A DNA stretch of 64,000 nucleotides from Candidatus Hydrogenedentota bacterium (GCA_045863295.1 BTWA01000020.1:42122-106121); one strand, 5' to 3'. Shown: positions 29,195-39,134, numbered from the stretch's first letter. The notes: a model not told the origin generated them from the letters alone. Made by a program: numbers and translations.

Positions 29195-29322
29195 GCGCGG
29201 ACAAGAGACTGCCAAGGTAGGCGGCCATGCCGAAGCCTGACTGCCTGGGCGGCCAAAAGGCCGCGGGGTTCGAACCCGCTACGCCCTGTTAATCCAGATA
29301 ACCCTGTGCAAGCGTCCCGCGC
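29195..29322 (-). ncRNA. Second, divergent Y RNA-like gene
   Basis: Terminal stem GCGCGG/CCGCGC; shares GGGUUAUC...GAUUA...ACAGG with the neighbour; T-arm GCGGG-UUCGAAC-CCCGC followed by GGCC-UUUU-GGCC. Confidence 0.78.
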
Positions 29323-29369
29323 AAAATCCGGTTTCGAATGAACCTATCAAACGAACGAGCATGCGTCAA

Positions 29370-30953
29370 TTATACGCGGCCCGCGGCAAAATCGCTGAGC
29401 AGCGCCGGCGCTGCGGTGTCAAACCCCACCACGTCGAGCATGCCGGTATCTTCAGGGTCGGCGATGGTGCATTCCGTCGCCGTCATTCCCACCACGGCCA
29501 GCCGCGCATCAATACCGGTCTCCTGCCGGTATTGCCTCAACGCCACATGAGGATGGACCTGACCGAACCACGTTTCGTTGTCCGTGTACACCACAAAGGT
29601 GTCGACTTCGATATAGTTCCGTCTTGCCCAGACCATGGGCAAGGCACAATCGGTACGGCCGAAAGACCTGTCCTGCGTCTTCTGCGTAACTGTTTCAAGC
29701 GTATCCTGTCTATCGATTCCAAGGTCCCGGAACTCGTCAGCAAAACCCATGCTATGTACACGCGGTTCCGTGCGCACCGTGGCCAGCGCCATGACCGCGG
29801 CGGCCACGTTGGGCGAAAATCCGGGCACACCGGCAATGCTTCCACACGTCATGGATCCACTCACGTCAATTCCCAGAAGAAATCGCTTGCCCGCGGGTTC
29901 CACATTCTGAAACGACAGGTACAGCGCCGCATCGAGTGCGTTACGGATTTCCTGTACCGGTTGCCATACAAGTTTCCCACGGAGCCCCTTGCCTGCGCGG
30001 TAGGTGTACGAAGCTTTGACAAGATCAATCGGATGCACGCGCGCCTTTCGCAGCGCTTCGACGTTCGTCAACCGTTCGCTGACCCATCGCGTGTGTTCGC
30101 CAAGCGGCTTCAGGAGGTCTTTCGCGCTGAGATTGCCGAGATTCCGCAGCAACGCGCCTATCGGCATGCCCGGCAAAAGCGCCTCCCAAACGCAGGCATG
30201 CGCCAGCAATTCCGGCGGCACCATTTCCCATGTAACTTGGGAACGGTCTCGAATCAACGCGGCGGCCGCCTTCGGCTGATGCACCAGCCCCTGCAATTCC
30301 AGAAAGACATCGACAATCTCGAGGCGATCAGCCCCTTCCTTCCACACGTCCTTCACGGCAAAATGAAACAGGGCGTCGTGCGCGAGGCTGCGCGGTTTGG
30401 GATGCGAAATACGGATCAGATCCGCGTGCGTGTATCCGTAGCGGTTCCGGTACTTAATTATCTGATGCGCAAGTTCGGTCGCGCTCTTGCCGTTGTACCA
30501 CCGCGCAATGCCCGTGCGAAGTCCGCGCCCGTGGCCGCGCATGACCTGCAACTCGCTCATGAACTTCATGAGATGGGAGGCTGTGCGAGCGACTTGGGGC
30601 ATGGCCTCCCAGGCGCGGGAGGCGGCTTCGCGTCCGCAACGGCCGCTTGCGCCAACGGCCAACGAAAACAGCAGCGTATCCACGCGGGGTGCGCGGCCTT
30701 CCTGACTGATCTGCACGATAAGGTCTGCCGTGCGCCGGGCATCCGCGGCAAAACAGTCCTGCAACAACAGGCTGTTGTCGATAGTCAGCGTGCGCTCGGA
30801 GGCGTAATAAGTACCGCCCTCGGTTCCAAGGATCAGGAAGCGGTGCAACCGTGCCCACGGATCGAGTTTGAACACGTAGCCACCGGCGGAATTCTTCACC
30901 TGATCGGCGCGAACCGGCGCCTGTTGATGGGTAGTGTGCTTTGCATAATGCAT
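29370..30953 (-). CDS. rsr: Ro60-related TROVE/vWA RNA-binding protein
   Basis: QVKNSAGGYVF, RFLILGTEGGTYY, KYRNRYGYTHADL, ALLRNLG, MIDAS DVSGSM, TDNET and LDVVGFD motifs. Confidence 0.95.
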   Translation of the reverse strand: MHYAKHTTHQQAPVRADQVKNSAGGYVFKLDPWARLHRFLILGTEGGTYYASERTLTIDNSLLLQDCFAADARRTADLIVQISQEGRAPRVDTLLFSLAVGASGRCGREAASRAWEAMPQVARTASHLMKFMSELQVMRGHGRGLRTGIARWYNGKSATELAHQIIKYRNRYGYTHADLIRISHPKPRSLAHDALFHFAVKDVWKEGADRLEIVDVFLELQGLVHQPKAAAALIRDRSQVTWEMVPPELLAHACVWEALLPGMPIGALLRNLGNLSAKDLLKPLGEHTRWVSERLTNVEALRKARVHPIDLVKASYTYRAGKGLRGKLVWQPVQEIRNALDAALYLSFQNVEPAGKRFLLGIDVSGSMTCGSIAGVPGFSPNVAAAVMALATVRTEPRVHSMGFADEFRDLGIDRQDTLETVTQKTQDRSFGRTDCALPMVWARRNYIEVDTFVVYTDNETWFGQVHPHVALRQYRQETGIDARLAVVGMTATECTIADPEDTGMLDVVGFDTAAPALLSDFAAGRV

Positions 30954-31010
30954 TTCTCGTCTCCGGTATAGTCAGGCATATGCGCATTCACACAGCGATC
31001 AGGCATTATT

Positions 31011-31081
31011 CCGGAACGGCGGTAACTCGGGCAACTGTGCCAACGTCTTTCGAGTCGTGCCCCCGCCCGGGTGCGCTCCGG
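31011..31081 (-). ncRNA. Candidate short structured RNA (Y-like stem) upstream of rsr
   Basis: CCGGAGCG/CGUUCCGG outer stem, CGGGCGG/UUGCCCG inner stem, UC-GAAA-GA apical loop. Confidence 0.4.
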
Positions 31082-31132
31082 CAGGATTTCGGGTAGGATA
31101 ACGGAAAGGTCAGGCAGTTACAGGAATTACGC

Positions 31133-32548
31133 ATGTTTGAACACGGCGATTTAACCAGCAAAACACTCGGACAATACGAGGTCGTCGAACGAATTGGACA
31201 AGGCGGTATGGGCATTGTCTACCGGGGACGGGATACGGTGCTGGACCGCGATGTCGCGCTGAAAGTGTTGCCGCCTGCCTTCGCTAAAAATGAACAGTAT
31301 TTGCAGCGTTTCATGCGGGAAGCAAAATCGGTTGCCCGTCTGGATCACCCGAATATCGTCGCGGTATATGGAGCGGGAGAGCAGAATGGCGTCTATTTCA
31401 TTGCCATGCTGTTCGTAAAAGGCGACCTGCTTCAAACCGTCATCGATCGCGTGGGGAGGTTGGATGTCTACCGCGCGTTGCAGATTACGCGCCAGGCCGC
31501 CGAAGCATTGGCGGAGGCTCACCGCAACGATATTGTGCATCGCGATGTGAAGCCTCAGAACATCATGATCAATCAATCCGGAATGGTGAAGGTCATGGAT
31601 TTCGGATTGGCCCGGCTTGTGCAAAGCACGAGCGGACTCACGGCAACAGGCGCCATGCTGGGCACGCCGAAGTACATGTCACCGGAACAGTGCGAAGGGC
31701 AGGAGATCGATTGCCGCACGGACATCTATTCGCTGGGCGTAACTTTGTTTGAAATGCTCACGGGACGCCTGCCTTACGATGCCGACAGCGATCTTGGCAT
31801 CATGTATCAAATCGTTCACAAGCCCTTTCCAGAACTGCGATCAATTCGCGGCGATGTGCCCGCGGAGGTTTCCGAGTTATTGGAGATGATGGTGGTCAAG
31901 GACTCGGCGCAGCGAACCATCACCGCCCAGGAAATCGCGTACCGGTGCGAGTGCATTCTCGCCAACATGACGCCTGTGCCCCTTGCGGGAAACCCGGCGG
32001 ACCTGGAAGCGCCGCTGCACCGTGATCTCGCTGATCACCGGCGCCGTCTGAGCGAGCTTGAAACCATCGCCGCGACACCGACCTTCACCGATTCTGAAGT
32101 GGATGAGTTGTCGCGGAGAATGTCCGAACTGAAGCCTTTGGCGGAAGCAACGCCCGCGCCCCCGGTCTCTTACGGGAACAAGCCTGCAGGTCCGTGGGGA
32201 GAAGCGCGATCGGTGACGCCCGCCGCACCCAGGGCTGCGATGCCCGTCAAGCGGGAAGAGCCCGCGCAGCCGGTCGCAGCCCGCAGTACCACGCCTTATC
32301 CCGCGACTAAGACAAGTCCCTGGGGAGGTTCGCATTCAGTGTCCCAGGTGTCCGCGCCAGCGCCGGACTGGCGAAAACCCTTTCAGATAGCAATCCGGTT
32401 AACAGGTGGGATCGTGAGCCGGATCGTCTTTTGGACGGTCATCCTGGCTTTGCTGTTTCTGGTTTGGGTCGGGTTCGGCCACGCGGGTCTGTATCCATTG
32501 CCGGCGCCGATTGCGCAGTTCCTGGAAGGCACTCCGCGCACCGAATAG
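31133..32548 (+). CDS. Hanks-type Ser/Thr protein kinase with a C-terminal TM segment
   Basis: IGQGGMGIVY, VALK, HRDVKPQN, DFGLA, GTPKYMSPEQ and DIYSLG motifs. Confidence 0.95.
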   Translation: MFEHGDLTSKTLGQYEVVERIGQGGMGIVYRGRDTVLDRDVALKVLPPAFAKNEQYLQRFMREAKSVARLDHPNIVAVYGAGEQNGVYFIAMLFVKGDLLQTVIDRVGRLDVYRALQITRQAAEALAEAHRNDIVHRDVKPQNIMINQSGMVKVMDFGLARLVQSTSGLTATGAMLGTPKYMSPEQCEGQEIDCRTDIYSLGVTLFEMLTGRLPYDADSDLGIMYQIVHKPFPELRSIRGDVPAEVSELLEMMVVKDSAQRTITAQEIAYRCECILANMTPVPLAGNPADLEAPLHRDLADHRRRLSELETIAATPTFTDSEVDELSRRMSELKPLAEATPAPPVSYGNKPAGPWGEARSVTPAAPRAAMPVKREEPAQPVAARSTTPYPATKTSPWGGSHSVSQVSAPAPDWRKPFQIAIRLTGGIVSRIVFWTVILALLFLVWVGFGHAGLYPLPAPIAQFLEGTPRTE

Positions 32549-32573
32549 AGCATCCTGTTCACCGCCGTCGCAG

Positions 32574-33986
32574 TCAGCGGTATTGCCGGCCGTCGTGGGC
32601 TTCAGGTTCGATTTGTGCCGGTGGATTGACGTGTTCGCGCTCCATGAACGCTTTCAAGTCCGCGACAACGTCCGGGTGTTTTGAAGCGACATCCGTGGTT
32701 TCGCTCCCATCTTCCGCGAGATTATACAACTCTACCGGCCTGTCTTTTCCGGGCCACACCGCTTTCCAGTCGCCCTTGCGCGCCGCCCGCGGCAATGCCT
32801 CGCCCCACAGTTCCCAATACAAATAAGGCTGATACGGAATGGGTACGCCCGCGGTTGGATTCGTCATTGCGGCGTAAAAAGAGACGCCATCGATTCCCTC
32901 AGGGATGCGATCGGCACACTCTGCCGCGTCCGCGAATGTGGGAAAGATATCGGGAAAATACCAGACTTGATTGCTCTCTGATTGAGGAGACACGCGTGCG
33001 GGCCAACGGACGATAGCAGGCACTCGGATGCCACCCTCATACAAATCGCCTTTGTATCCTCGCAACGTTCCGTTGGCTTTGAAAAACTCGGGACTGGGTA
33101 TGGAATAGGAATCAGCGCCGTTATCGGAGGTGAAGAGCACGAGCGTGTTTTCGCGAAGGCCTAGCTCGTCCAACTGCTTCAGCACGTCGCCAATGGTCTT
33201 GTCCATGTAAGAAATCATTGCGGCGAGTGTCGCCTTAGGCTCCTCAGGATGAGCGTATCCTTCACGCCAGCGGAATTCGGGCGGAGTCTCCTCGAACTTG
33301 CCCGAGTATTGTTTCAGCGCTTCCGCGGGCGCGGTCCATTCGTGATGGGGAATGGTATACGACAGAAAGCAGAAGAACGGCGCTTGCCGATTCTCCTGGA
33401 TGAACGCCTTGGCTCTTTCCGTAATAACGTCGTGAGTGTACTGCTCGCGCTTGTTGCCCTGGTTGCCCGGCAGCGCAAAGCGTTCGTCGTTGTGCCAGAG
33501 ATAATCCGTGTACGAAAAATGGGCGTGTTTTTGGTGAAGGTACCCAAAGAACTCGTCGAAGCCCTTCTTGTTGGGCACGCCCGCAGTATCCGCGTCGCCG
33601 AGCCCCCATTTACCGAACAGGCCGGTCCGGTAGCCGGCGCCTTGCAGGAGTTGCGCGAAGGTGACATCGCCTTCCTGTAGCGAGACGCCGCCGGTATTGC
33701 CGCGCACGGAGGTGTGGCCCGTATGGGTGCCCGTCATCAGCGCACTGCGCGAGGGCGCGCACAACGCACATCCAGCGTAGGCCTGGGTGAATCGCATACC
33801 GTCACGCGCCAGTTGATCAAGATTCGGGGTCTGAATTATCTCCTGGCCGTAACAACCAAGATGACCGTAGCCGAGATCGTCGGCCATGATGAGAAGGATG
33901 TTGGGACGCTCCGATTGTGCGTTCGCAGGGGTTAATCCCGCCGCGGCCGCCGCGGCCGCGCTCGCAAGAAATGTGCGCCGGTTCAT
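32574..33986 (-). CDS. Arylsulfatase with Tat signal
   Basis: NRRTFL Tat motif; ADDLG, CAPSR and GKWGL motifs. Confidence 0.93.
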   Translation of the reverse strand: MNRRTFLASAAAAAAAGLTPANAQSERPNILLIMADDLGYGHLGCYGQEIIQTPNLDQLARDGMRFTQAYAGCALCAPSRSALMTGTHTGHTSVRGNTGGVSLQEGDVTFAQLLQGAGYRTGLFGKWGLGDADTAGVPNKKGFDEFFGYLHQKHAHFSYTDYLWHNDERFALPGNQGNKREQYTHDVITERAKAFIQENRQAPFFCFLSYTIPHHEWTAPAEALKQYSGKFEETPPEFRWREGYAHPEEPKATLAAMISYMDKTIGDVLKQLDELGLRENTLVLFTSDNGADSYSIPSPEFFKANGTLRGYKGDLYEGGIRVPAIVRWPARVSPQSESNQVWYFPDIFPTFADAAECADRIPEGIDGVSFYAAMTNPTAGVPIPYQPYLYWELWGEALPRAARKGDWKAVWPGKDRPVELYNLAEDGSETTDVASKHPDVVADLKAFMEREHVNPPAQIEPEAHDGRQYR

Positions 33987-35440
33987 GGCTGCTCCCCGGT
34001 TGCGGTATCGTTTGGCAGGGATTCCAACAGTTCCAGAACGGTTGCCAGAATCGTGTCGGCGGCGTCCACTTCAAGGTAGCTGGATCGCGCGCGCCAGGTC
34101 TCATAGCCGCCATACCCGTGTTGTTCTTTCGTGGGAAGGTAACCGTTGTAACCGTTCGCAAGCGAGATGGTGAATACATCGTCGAATGGACTCTTCTCCT
34201 TGATGGCAAGTCCAATTTCCACGAACACCTCGCAGGGAATGGCAGCGATACTGAGATCGCCAATCCGCATGCACTGAAGTATCAGTTTCTTCGTGGCGGG
34301 GTATTCGCTCAGAAAAACCGTCTCGCGCGCGTAGATCTCCGTGAGCCCCTTCATATCGGGTCCGGCCGCCTTTGCTACAATCTCTTTGGCCTGGGCCACC
34401 TCGTCCACGCTTGGGAGGCGCACACCCACCTCAATCTCTTGGTGCAAAGCCGCCAGCGGAACCCACTCCTGAAACCGGACAGATTGATAGGCTTTGTAGA
34501 CTTCGCCCGCCACCTTGTTGGCCACGCGCGTCATTTGCTCGTAGGGTTGTTGCTGCCAGGGCGCCACTCGGAAGTTGATGTTATTGATGTTGCCGCTCGT
34601 GCCGTTGGACATCATGCCGACAAAAGGCTTGTCTTGTCCGCCCGCATTCAGCAGTTCTCCCATGCGCCGGGCGAAGATGCCGAAGTAGTCCGCGGAGATT
34701 TCATCCGGGCCCGTGCCGCCGACATAATGCAACGAGTAGTTCGCCAACAGCGCGATCGGCTTGCCCTCAAGAGACTGTACCGCGACAAAGGACACCTCCG
34801 GATCGATGGGACCCGCCGGCTCCACGAGATCCTCGCTCGCGCGCGGCGGGTTCATCTGCACCGTCTCGCCTTCCTTGCCAAACGGGTTCGGACCTATGGT
34901 GCCGGGCTTCTTGAACCAGCGGCGGTTGAAGACCTCGTCCGGCACGGAACCAGCGCCCCATCCAATTCGAGCCGGTTGCAGGTTGGTATTGGCCCTGCGG
35001 ATTCCGTCGCTGATTTTTACAGTGAGATAACGCTGGTATTCGGGATCCGGGTCGCTTTGAAATACCGGGGTGGCGCAGGCGGCCGTATGGGTATGCGTCG
35101 CCGCCACAAGCATGTTAGACGCCGGTATTCCGGTGCCTTCGCTCGCCATGGCCTTGGCCGCGTCGGTAATCTCCCGGGGTACCATGCAACTGTCGACCAT
35201 AACAAAGGCGAGTTTGGTCGTCCCGTCATCTAGCACGATCGCGCGGGCATACAGTTCGTCGTGGACGTGCATGGCCGGGCGGTCGTTCATGTTGCCCGCG
35301 ATAGACACGCCAAGCCACGGCGTGATATTGCTCGCCGCCGCGCCCGCGCGGAAGACTTTCGTCGGCGGATCCTGCGCGCACACCTGAATTGCATGAATCA
35401 GTAGAAACAACCCAGCTGCGTATCGAATCCACTTGCCCAT
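33983..35440 (-). CDS. Secreted neutral/alkaline ceramidase-like protein
   Basis: Signal peptide; HDELYARAIVL, ATHTH, ISADY, PCEVFVE and ANGYNGYLPT motifs. Confidence 0.75.
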   Translation of the reverse strand: MGKWIRYAAGLFLLIHAIQVCAQDPPTKVFRAGAAASNITPWLGVSIAGNMNDRPAMHVHDELYARAIVLDDGTTKLAFVMVDSCMVPREITDAAKAMASEGTGIPASNMLVAATHTHTAACATPVFQSDPDPEYQRYLTVKISDGIRRANTNLQPARIGWGAGSVPDEVFNRRWFKKPGTIGPNPFGKEGETVQMNPPRASEDLVEPAGPIDPEVSFVAVQSLEGKPIALLANYSLHYVGGTGPDEISADYFGIFARRMGELLNAGGQDKPFVGMMSNGTSGNINNINFRVAPWQQQPYEQMTRVANKVAGEVYKAYQSVRFQEWVPLAALHQEIEVGVRLPSVDEVAQAKEIVAKAAGPDMKGLTEIYARETVFLSEYPATKKLILQCMRIGDLSIAAIPCEVFVEIGLAIKEKSPFDDVFTISLANGYNGYLPTKEQHGYGGYETWRARSSYLEVDAADTILATVLELLESLPNDTATGEQP

Positions 35441-35576
35441 AGCGACCTCCGGTACTTTGATTTGGGATGAAATCTCACTGTATCAGACAGGCGCCTGCCA
35501 AGCCCAATCCGATGCGTATTGTTGGTTCCGCCTTTGCTATACTTCCCCGTTTCCGGGGCGAATCAGGAGTAGGGTT

Positions 35577-37616
35577 ATGCGGGTTCTGGTGACGGGTGGC
35601 GCGGGATATTTGGGGTGTCACTTGGTGCGGCTTCTGGTCGAGCGCGGGCATGCCGTCCGGGTGTTTGACCGCGTCTGTTTCGCGGAACAGGTGGCCGAGG
35701 AACTTGGCGCGCTGGCGAATTGCGAATTCGTCCGCGGCGACATGCGGCAGCTACACGAGTTTCCGCTATTGCTGGAAGACATCGACGCCATAATTCATCT
35801 CGCGGGTTTGTCCAACGATCCTTCCTGCGATCTGGATTCGGACATGGCCGTGGAGGTGAATCTCGAAAGCACAGGCCGTCTTGCCCGGCGCGCCGTGAGG
35901 GAAGGCGTGCGGCGGTTTGTCTTTGCCTCCTCCTGCAGCGTGTACGGCAAGGGCGTGTTCGACGTGTTGGACGAGGAAAGCCCCACCAACCCGCTTACAA
36001 TCTATGCGCAGACAAAATTGCAGTCCGAAACGATTCTGATGGGCCTGAAAAGCGATCAGTTCGAGCCGGTCATTGCACGGCCGGCGACGCTGTTTGGCTG
36101 GTCGCCCAGGATGCGATTCGATCTCGCCATCAATCAAATGACCGCTACGGCCGCGCGCAACCGGAACATCAGCGTGTTCGGCGGAGGCAAACAGTGGCGG
36201 CCGTTTGTGCACGTGCGCGACGCGGCGCGGGTGTTCGCGGATATGGCCGAAGCGCCCGCTTCGTCGGTCGCGGGACAGGTATTCAACGTCGGCTCGGACG
36301 AGCGCAACTACACAATTATCGATCTTGCCCAACGCATCAGTTCGCTTTTCGAGGGAGTCACCGTCGATGTTGTGAAGGACGACGAGGATCCGCGAAGCTA
36401 CAACGTCCAGTTCGGAAAGTTGAAACGAACGCTTGCCTTTGAAAGCGAATGGGACGTCGAGTCGGGCGCGGACGAGATACGACAGTACCTCAGCGACGAG
36501 TCGATTAATCCGTTCAGCACGATGTTCTTCAACGTGCGCCGCATGAAGGAAATGCTGGCCACGCCAGTGGCCGAAGGCGGCGAACCCGTGGCGCCAAGAC
36601 CGGTGGCCATGGCCCCCGGCAATCCGGCGCTCGCCGCCGCGTTGGGCGCGTGGGTGGCAAAAACACGGGATCGGGATGACGTGGGTTCCGCGCGCGTGCA
36701 GTTGCAGCGCCTGTTGACCGCTCATTTTGGAAGGCCGGCACTGGTGGTGGGCACTCCCGCAAGCGCCATGTCTATTGCCTTGAAGGGGCTTGGCATTGGA
36801 CCCGGAGACGAAGTCGCCGTGGGTGCGTATGGACGTATCGAGACACTTGCCGCGCTTCGAGCCTGCGGAGCCGTAGTGAATTTTGCCGATGCGAACCCCG
36901 ACACGCTGCTGCCGGATCCGGGCGCTTGGAAAGGAGTCGTGTCTGCCAATACCAAAGCGTTGGTTGGCTATTGCCCTGACGGGCGCGCTGGACTGCCCGC
37001 GTACGTGCACGAGCTGGCGGCCGCAAAAGGATGCGCCGTTATTGAATACGCGCCCGACGGATTGGTCGTGGATGTACCCAAAGGCGAGTTCGCGCCGGAG
37101 ACCGTCAGTTGCGTGGGGCTTGCGCCGATGGTGCAGTCCGGGTGGGCCGGGGGATACGCCCTGATTGCATCCCGGGCATGGATCGAGTCCGTTCGGCCGG
37201 ACACGGAAGAATCGGCGCATGCAATACAGGATATTTCGGCGACTGCCGCGCTCGCGCGCTTGGACGGCCTCAAACGGGCCACGGTCGTGCGACGCCGAAT
37301 AGCCAGGATGTACCGGTCCGCGTTGTCCGATCTATCCGGCGTTCATGTGATGGGCACGGATGGAAACGGCAGCCAGTCCTGGCCTCATTTGCTGGTACGG
37401 TTTCCCGGACGCGATGCAAACGCGATCCGTTTGGCACTGCGCGCTGAAAATATCGAAACCGCGGTTCCGGCCCAATGGCTGGATGCGAAACCGGATGGCG
37501 AAACCTCGAAACGGGATCGGATTGTCGCATTGCCCATGCACGAACTGATGTCGGATAAAAACGTTCGGGAAGTGGTGGATGCGCTGAAGAAGGTGCTTGC
37601 GGCAACCCGCGAATAG
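35577..37616 (+). CDS. NAD-dependent epimerase fused to a degenerate DegT/DnrJ-like aminotransferase domain
   Basis: LVTGGAGYLG, ASSCSVYG, YAQTK and RPFVHVRD; C-terminal LGIGPGDEV...LPMHELMS DegT-like pattern. Confidence 0.8.
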   Translation: MRVLVTGGAGYLGCHLVRLLVERGHAVRVFDRVCFAEQVAEELGALANCEFVRGDMRQLHEFPLLLEDIDAIIHLAGLSNDPSCDLDSDMAVEVNLESTGRLARRAVREGVRRFVFASSCSVYGKGVFDVLDEESPTNPLTIYAQTKLQSETILMGLKSDQFEPVIARPATLFGWSPRMRFDLAINQMTATAARNRNISVFGGGKQWRPFVHVRDAARVFADMAEAPASSVAGQVFNVGSDERNYTIIDLAQRISSLFEGVTVDVVKDDEDPRSYNVQFGKLKRTLAFESEWDVESGADEIRQYLSDESINPFSTMFFNVRRMKEMLATPVAEGGEPVAPRPVAMAPGNPALAAALGAWVAKTRDRDDVGSARVQLQRLLTAHFGRPALVVGTPASAMSIALKGLGIGPGDEVAVGAYGRIETLAALRACGAVVNFADANPDTLLPDPGAWKGVVSANTKALVGYCPDGRAGLPAYVHELAAAKGCAVIEYAPDGLVVDVPKGEFAPETVSCVGLAPMVQSGWAGGYALIASRAWIESVRPDTEESAHAIQDISATAALARLDGLKRATVVRRRIARMYRSALSDLSGVHVMGTDGNGSQSWPHLLVRFPGRDANAIRLALRAENIETAVPAQWLDAKPDGETSKRDRIVALPMHELMSDKNVREVVDALKKVLAATRE

Positions 37617-37620
37617 TCCG

Positions 37621-38412
37621 TCAGTTCTTCTTGACGGAATAGAGGTGGGTAATGGGCAGGCCGTCGCGCAGAATGCGGACTGTGTATTTCGATTGCCCCT
37701 CCAGCTTTTCCGCGAGTTCGAATATCTTCTCCGGACTGTTGAGCGCTTCGCCATTGATGTTGTAGATGACGTCGTTGTTGCGCAGGCCCAGCTTGCGCGC
37801 CAAGGAAAACGATCCGAGGTTCGCGGACGTCATTCCTGTGACGCCGCCGTCCGGCGTCGTATACATGGTCGGCTGCAATTCGGTGAGCAGGACCAGATAG
37901 TCCAGCTTTTCCCACTCGCGTTCGAACTCGGCCTCGTCCACAACGAATTCAAACTTGTCCGGCGGCGGGGGCGGCGTATTTACCGAGGGCGCGGGCGGTG
38001 CGGACGGTTTCGCAGGCGCCTGCGGGGTCACCGGCTGCATGTCCGAAGACGCGCCGCCTTCCAGCCCAATGGCAATCTGGCGTGGCGTTCCGTTGCGAAT
38101 GACTACAATGTCCATTACGGCAGTCCCCGCCGCTTTGGAAATCGCGATCCGAAGTTCCGCGTGGCTCGTGACGTAGTCGCGGTTGATGCGACGGACCAAA
38201 TCGGAGGCGCGAAAACCCAGCGTGCTGAGCTCATCCGGTGTGGACTTGATACGGAGTCCGCGTGTGCCATCGGACAAGGTCGATGGCTCCGTATACTTGA
38301 TGAGGATGTCGCGAAACGCATTTAGCGCGGAGGCAGGAATGACGTGATACTCGCTGCGGCTGGCTCCGGCGAAGGAGGCCACTTGGAAAAGCATTATGCC
38401 CCCAAGAATCAT
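37621..38412 (-). CDS. Tandem GspC-type PDZ domain protein
   Basis: LGFRASDLVRRIN..VIRNG and LGLRNNDVIYNING..ILRDG repeats; start uncertain. Confidence 0.65.
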   Translation of the reverse strand: MILGGIMLFQVASFAGASRSEYHVIPASALNAFRDILIKYTEPSTLSDGTRGLRIKSTPDELSTLGFRASDLVRRINRDYVTSHAELRIAISKAAGTAVMDIVVIRNGTPRQIAIGLEGGASSDMQPVTPQAPAKPSAPPAPSVNTPPPPPDKFEFVVDEAEFEREWEKLDYLVLLTELQPTMYTTPDGGVTGMTSANLGSFSLARKLGLRNNDVIYNINGEALNSPEKIFELAEKLEGQSKYTVRILRDGLPITHLYSVKKN

Positions 38413-38645
38413 CCGGGCAGTGACTCGGCGAGGCGTTGAGCTGAAAGGGACTCGGCGCGGCACGGCACACTCCACGTTGGCACATCCAATCGACGTGCAC
38501 GCTACTTCCACGACATAATACCATATATTGTGGTCAACTTGATCAAAAGGCCAGCATTTATGGCCTGCATCCGTTACCAGACGCTGCGAATCGGGCTGTA
38601 TTCACGGTTTTTATTGGCGGAAAAGCAATACCCTGTGATAGACTG

Positions 38646-39134
38646 TTGACAAAAAGGGGTTGGACTGTGGAAAGCATACTTGCACACCTGCAGAGCAATG
38701 CCGTCTTCTACATCATCGGCGCCGTGGTGGCCATTCCCATCATTTACTTCACGCGCCCCTACAGCATCTCCGTCATTCAGTGGGTAGTCGAACTGGCCAT
38801 TTACGGCACAGGGCTCCATCTGTTCGTGGCCGGGTTGGTTAGGGTGATAAACGGATTCCAGTACGAAACCCAAATGAAAATGCTGGCGGACGAGCGCGTG
38901 AATCAGGGCTGGACTACCCCTATCTACCAGTTCTGGAACCTGGAAGCGTACAATCCGCAGTGGGTTGCTTATCTCGAGGCCGGAATGTTGTTCGCCATCT
39001 TTCTATTGATGTTGCGGTTCCGGCCAATGAAAGTTCAAAAGCGGTTTTCAAGCAAGGAAGTTGGACGAAAGGGGTACACGCCGCGGTCCAAACCACCTGG
39101 TGACACCGCGGGACGTGGAGGACGATCGCATTGA
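38646..39134 (+). CDS. Hypothetical membrane protein
   Basis: Three hydrophobic segments; overlaps the start of the next gene. Confidence 0.65.
   Translation: MTKRGWTVESILAHLQSNAVFYIIGAVVAIPIIYFTRPYSISVIQWVVELAIYGTGLHLFVAGLVRVINGFQYETQMKMLADERVNQGWTTPIYQFWNLEAYNPQWVAYLEAGMLFAIFLLMLRFRPMKVQKRFSSKEVGRKGYTPRSKPPGDTAGRGGRSH

Noticed and set aside
29051..29322. T-loop motifs as true tRNAs or tRNA-derived att sites
   Set aside because: Arms are in permuted order with no anticodon arm or CCA, they do not match the tRNA-Leu 3' end, and adjacency to rsr fits Y RNA
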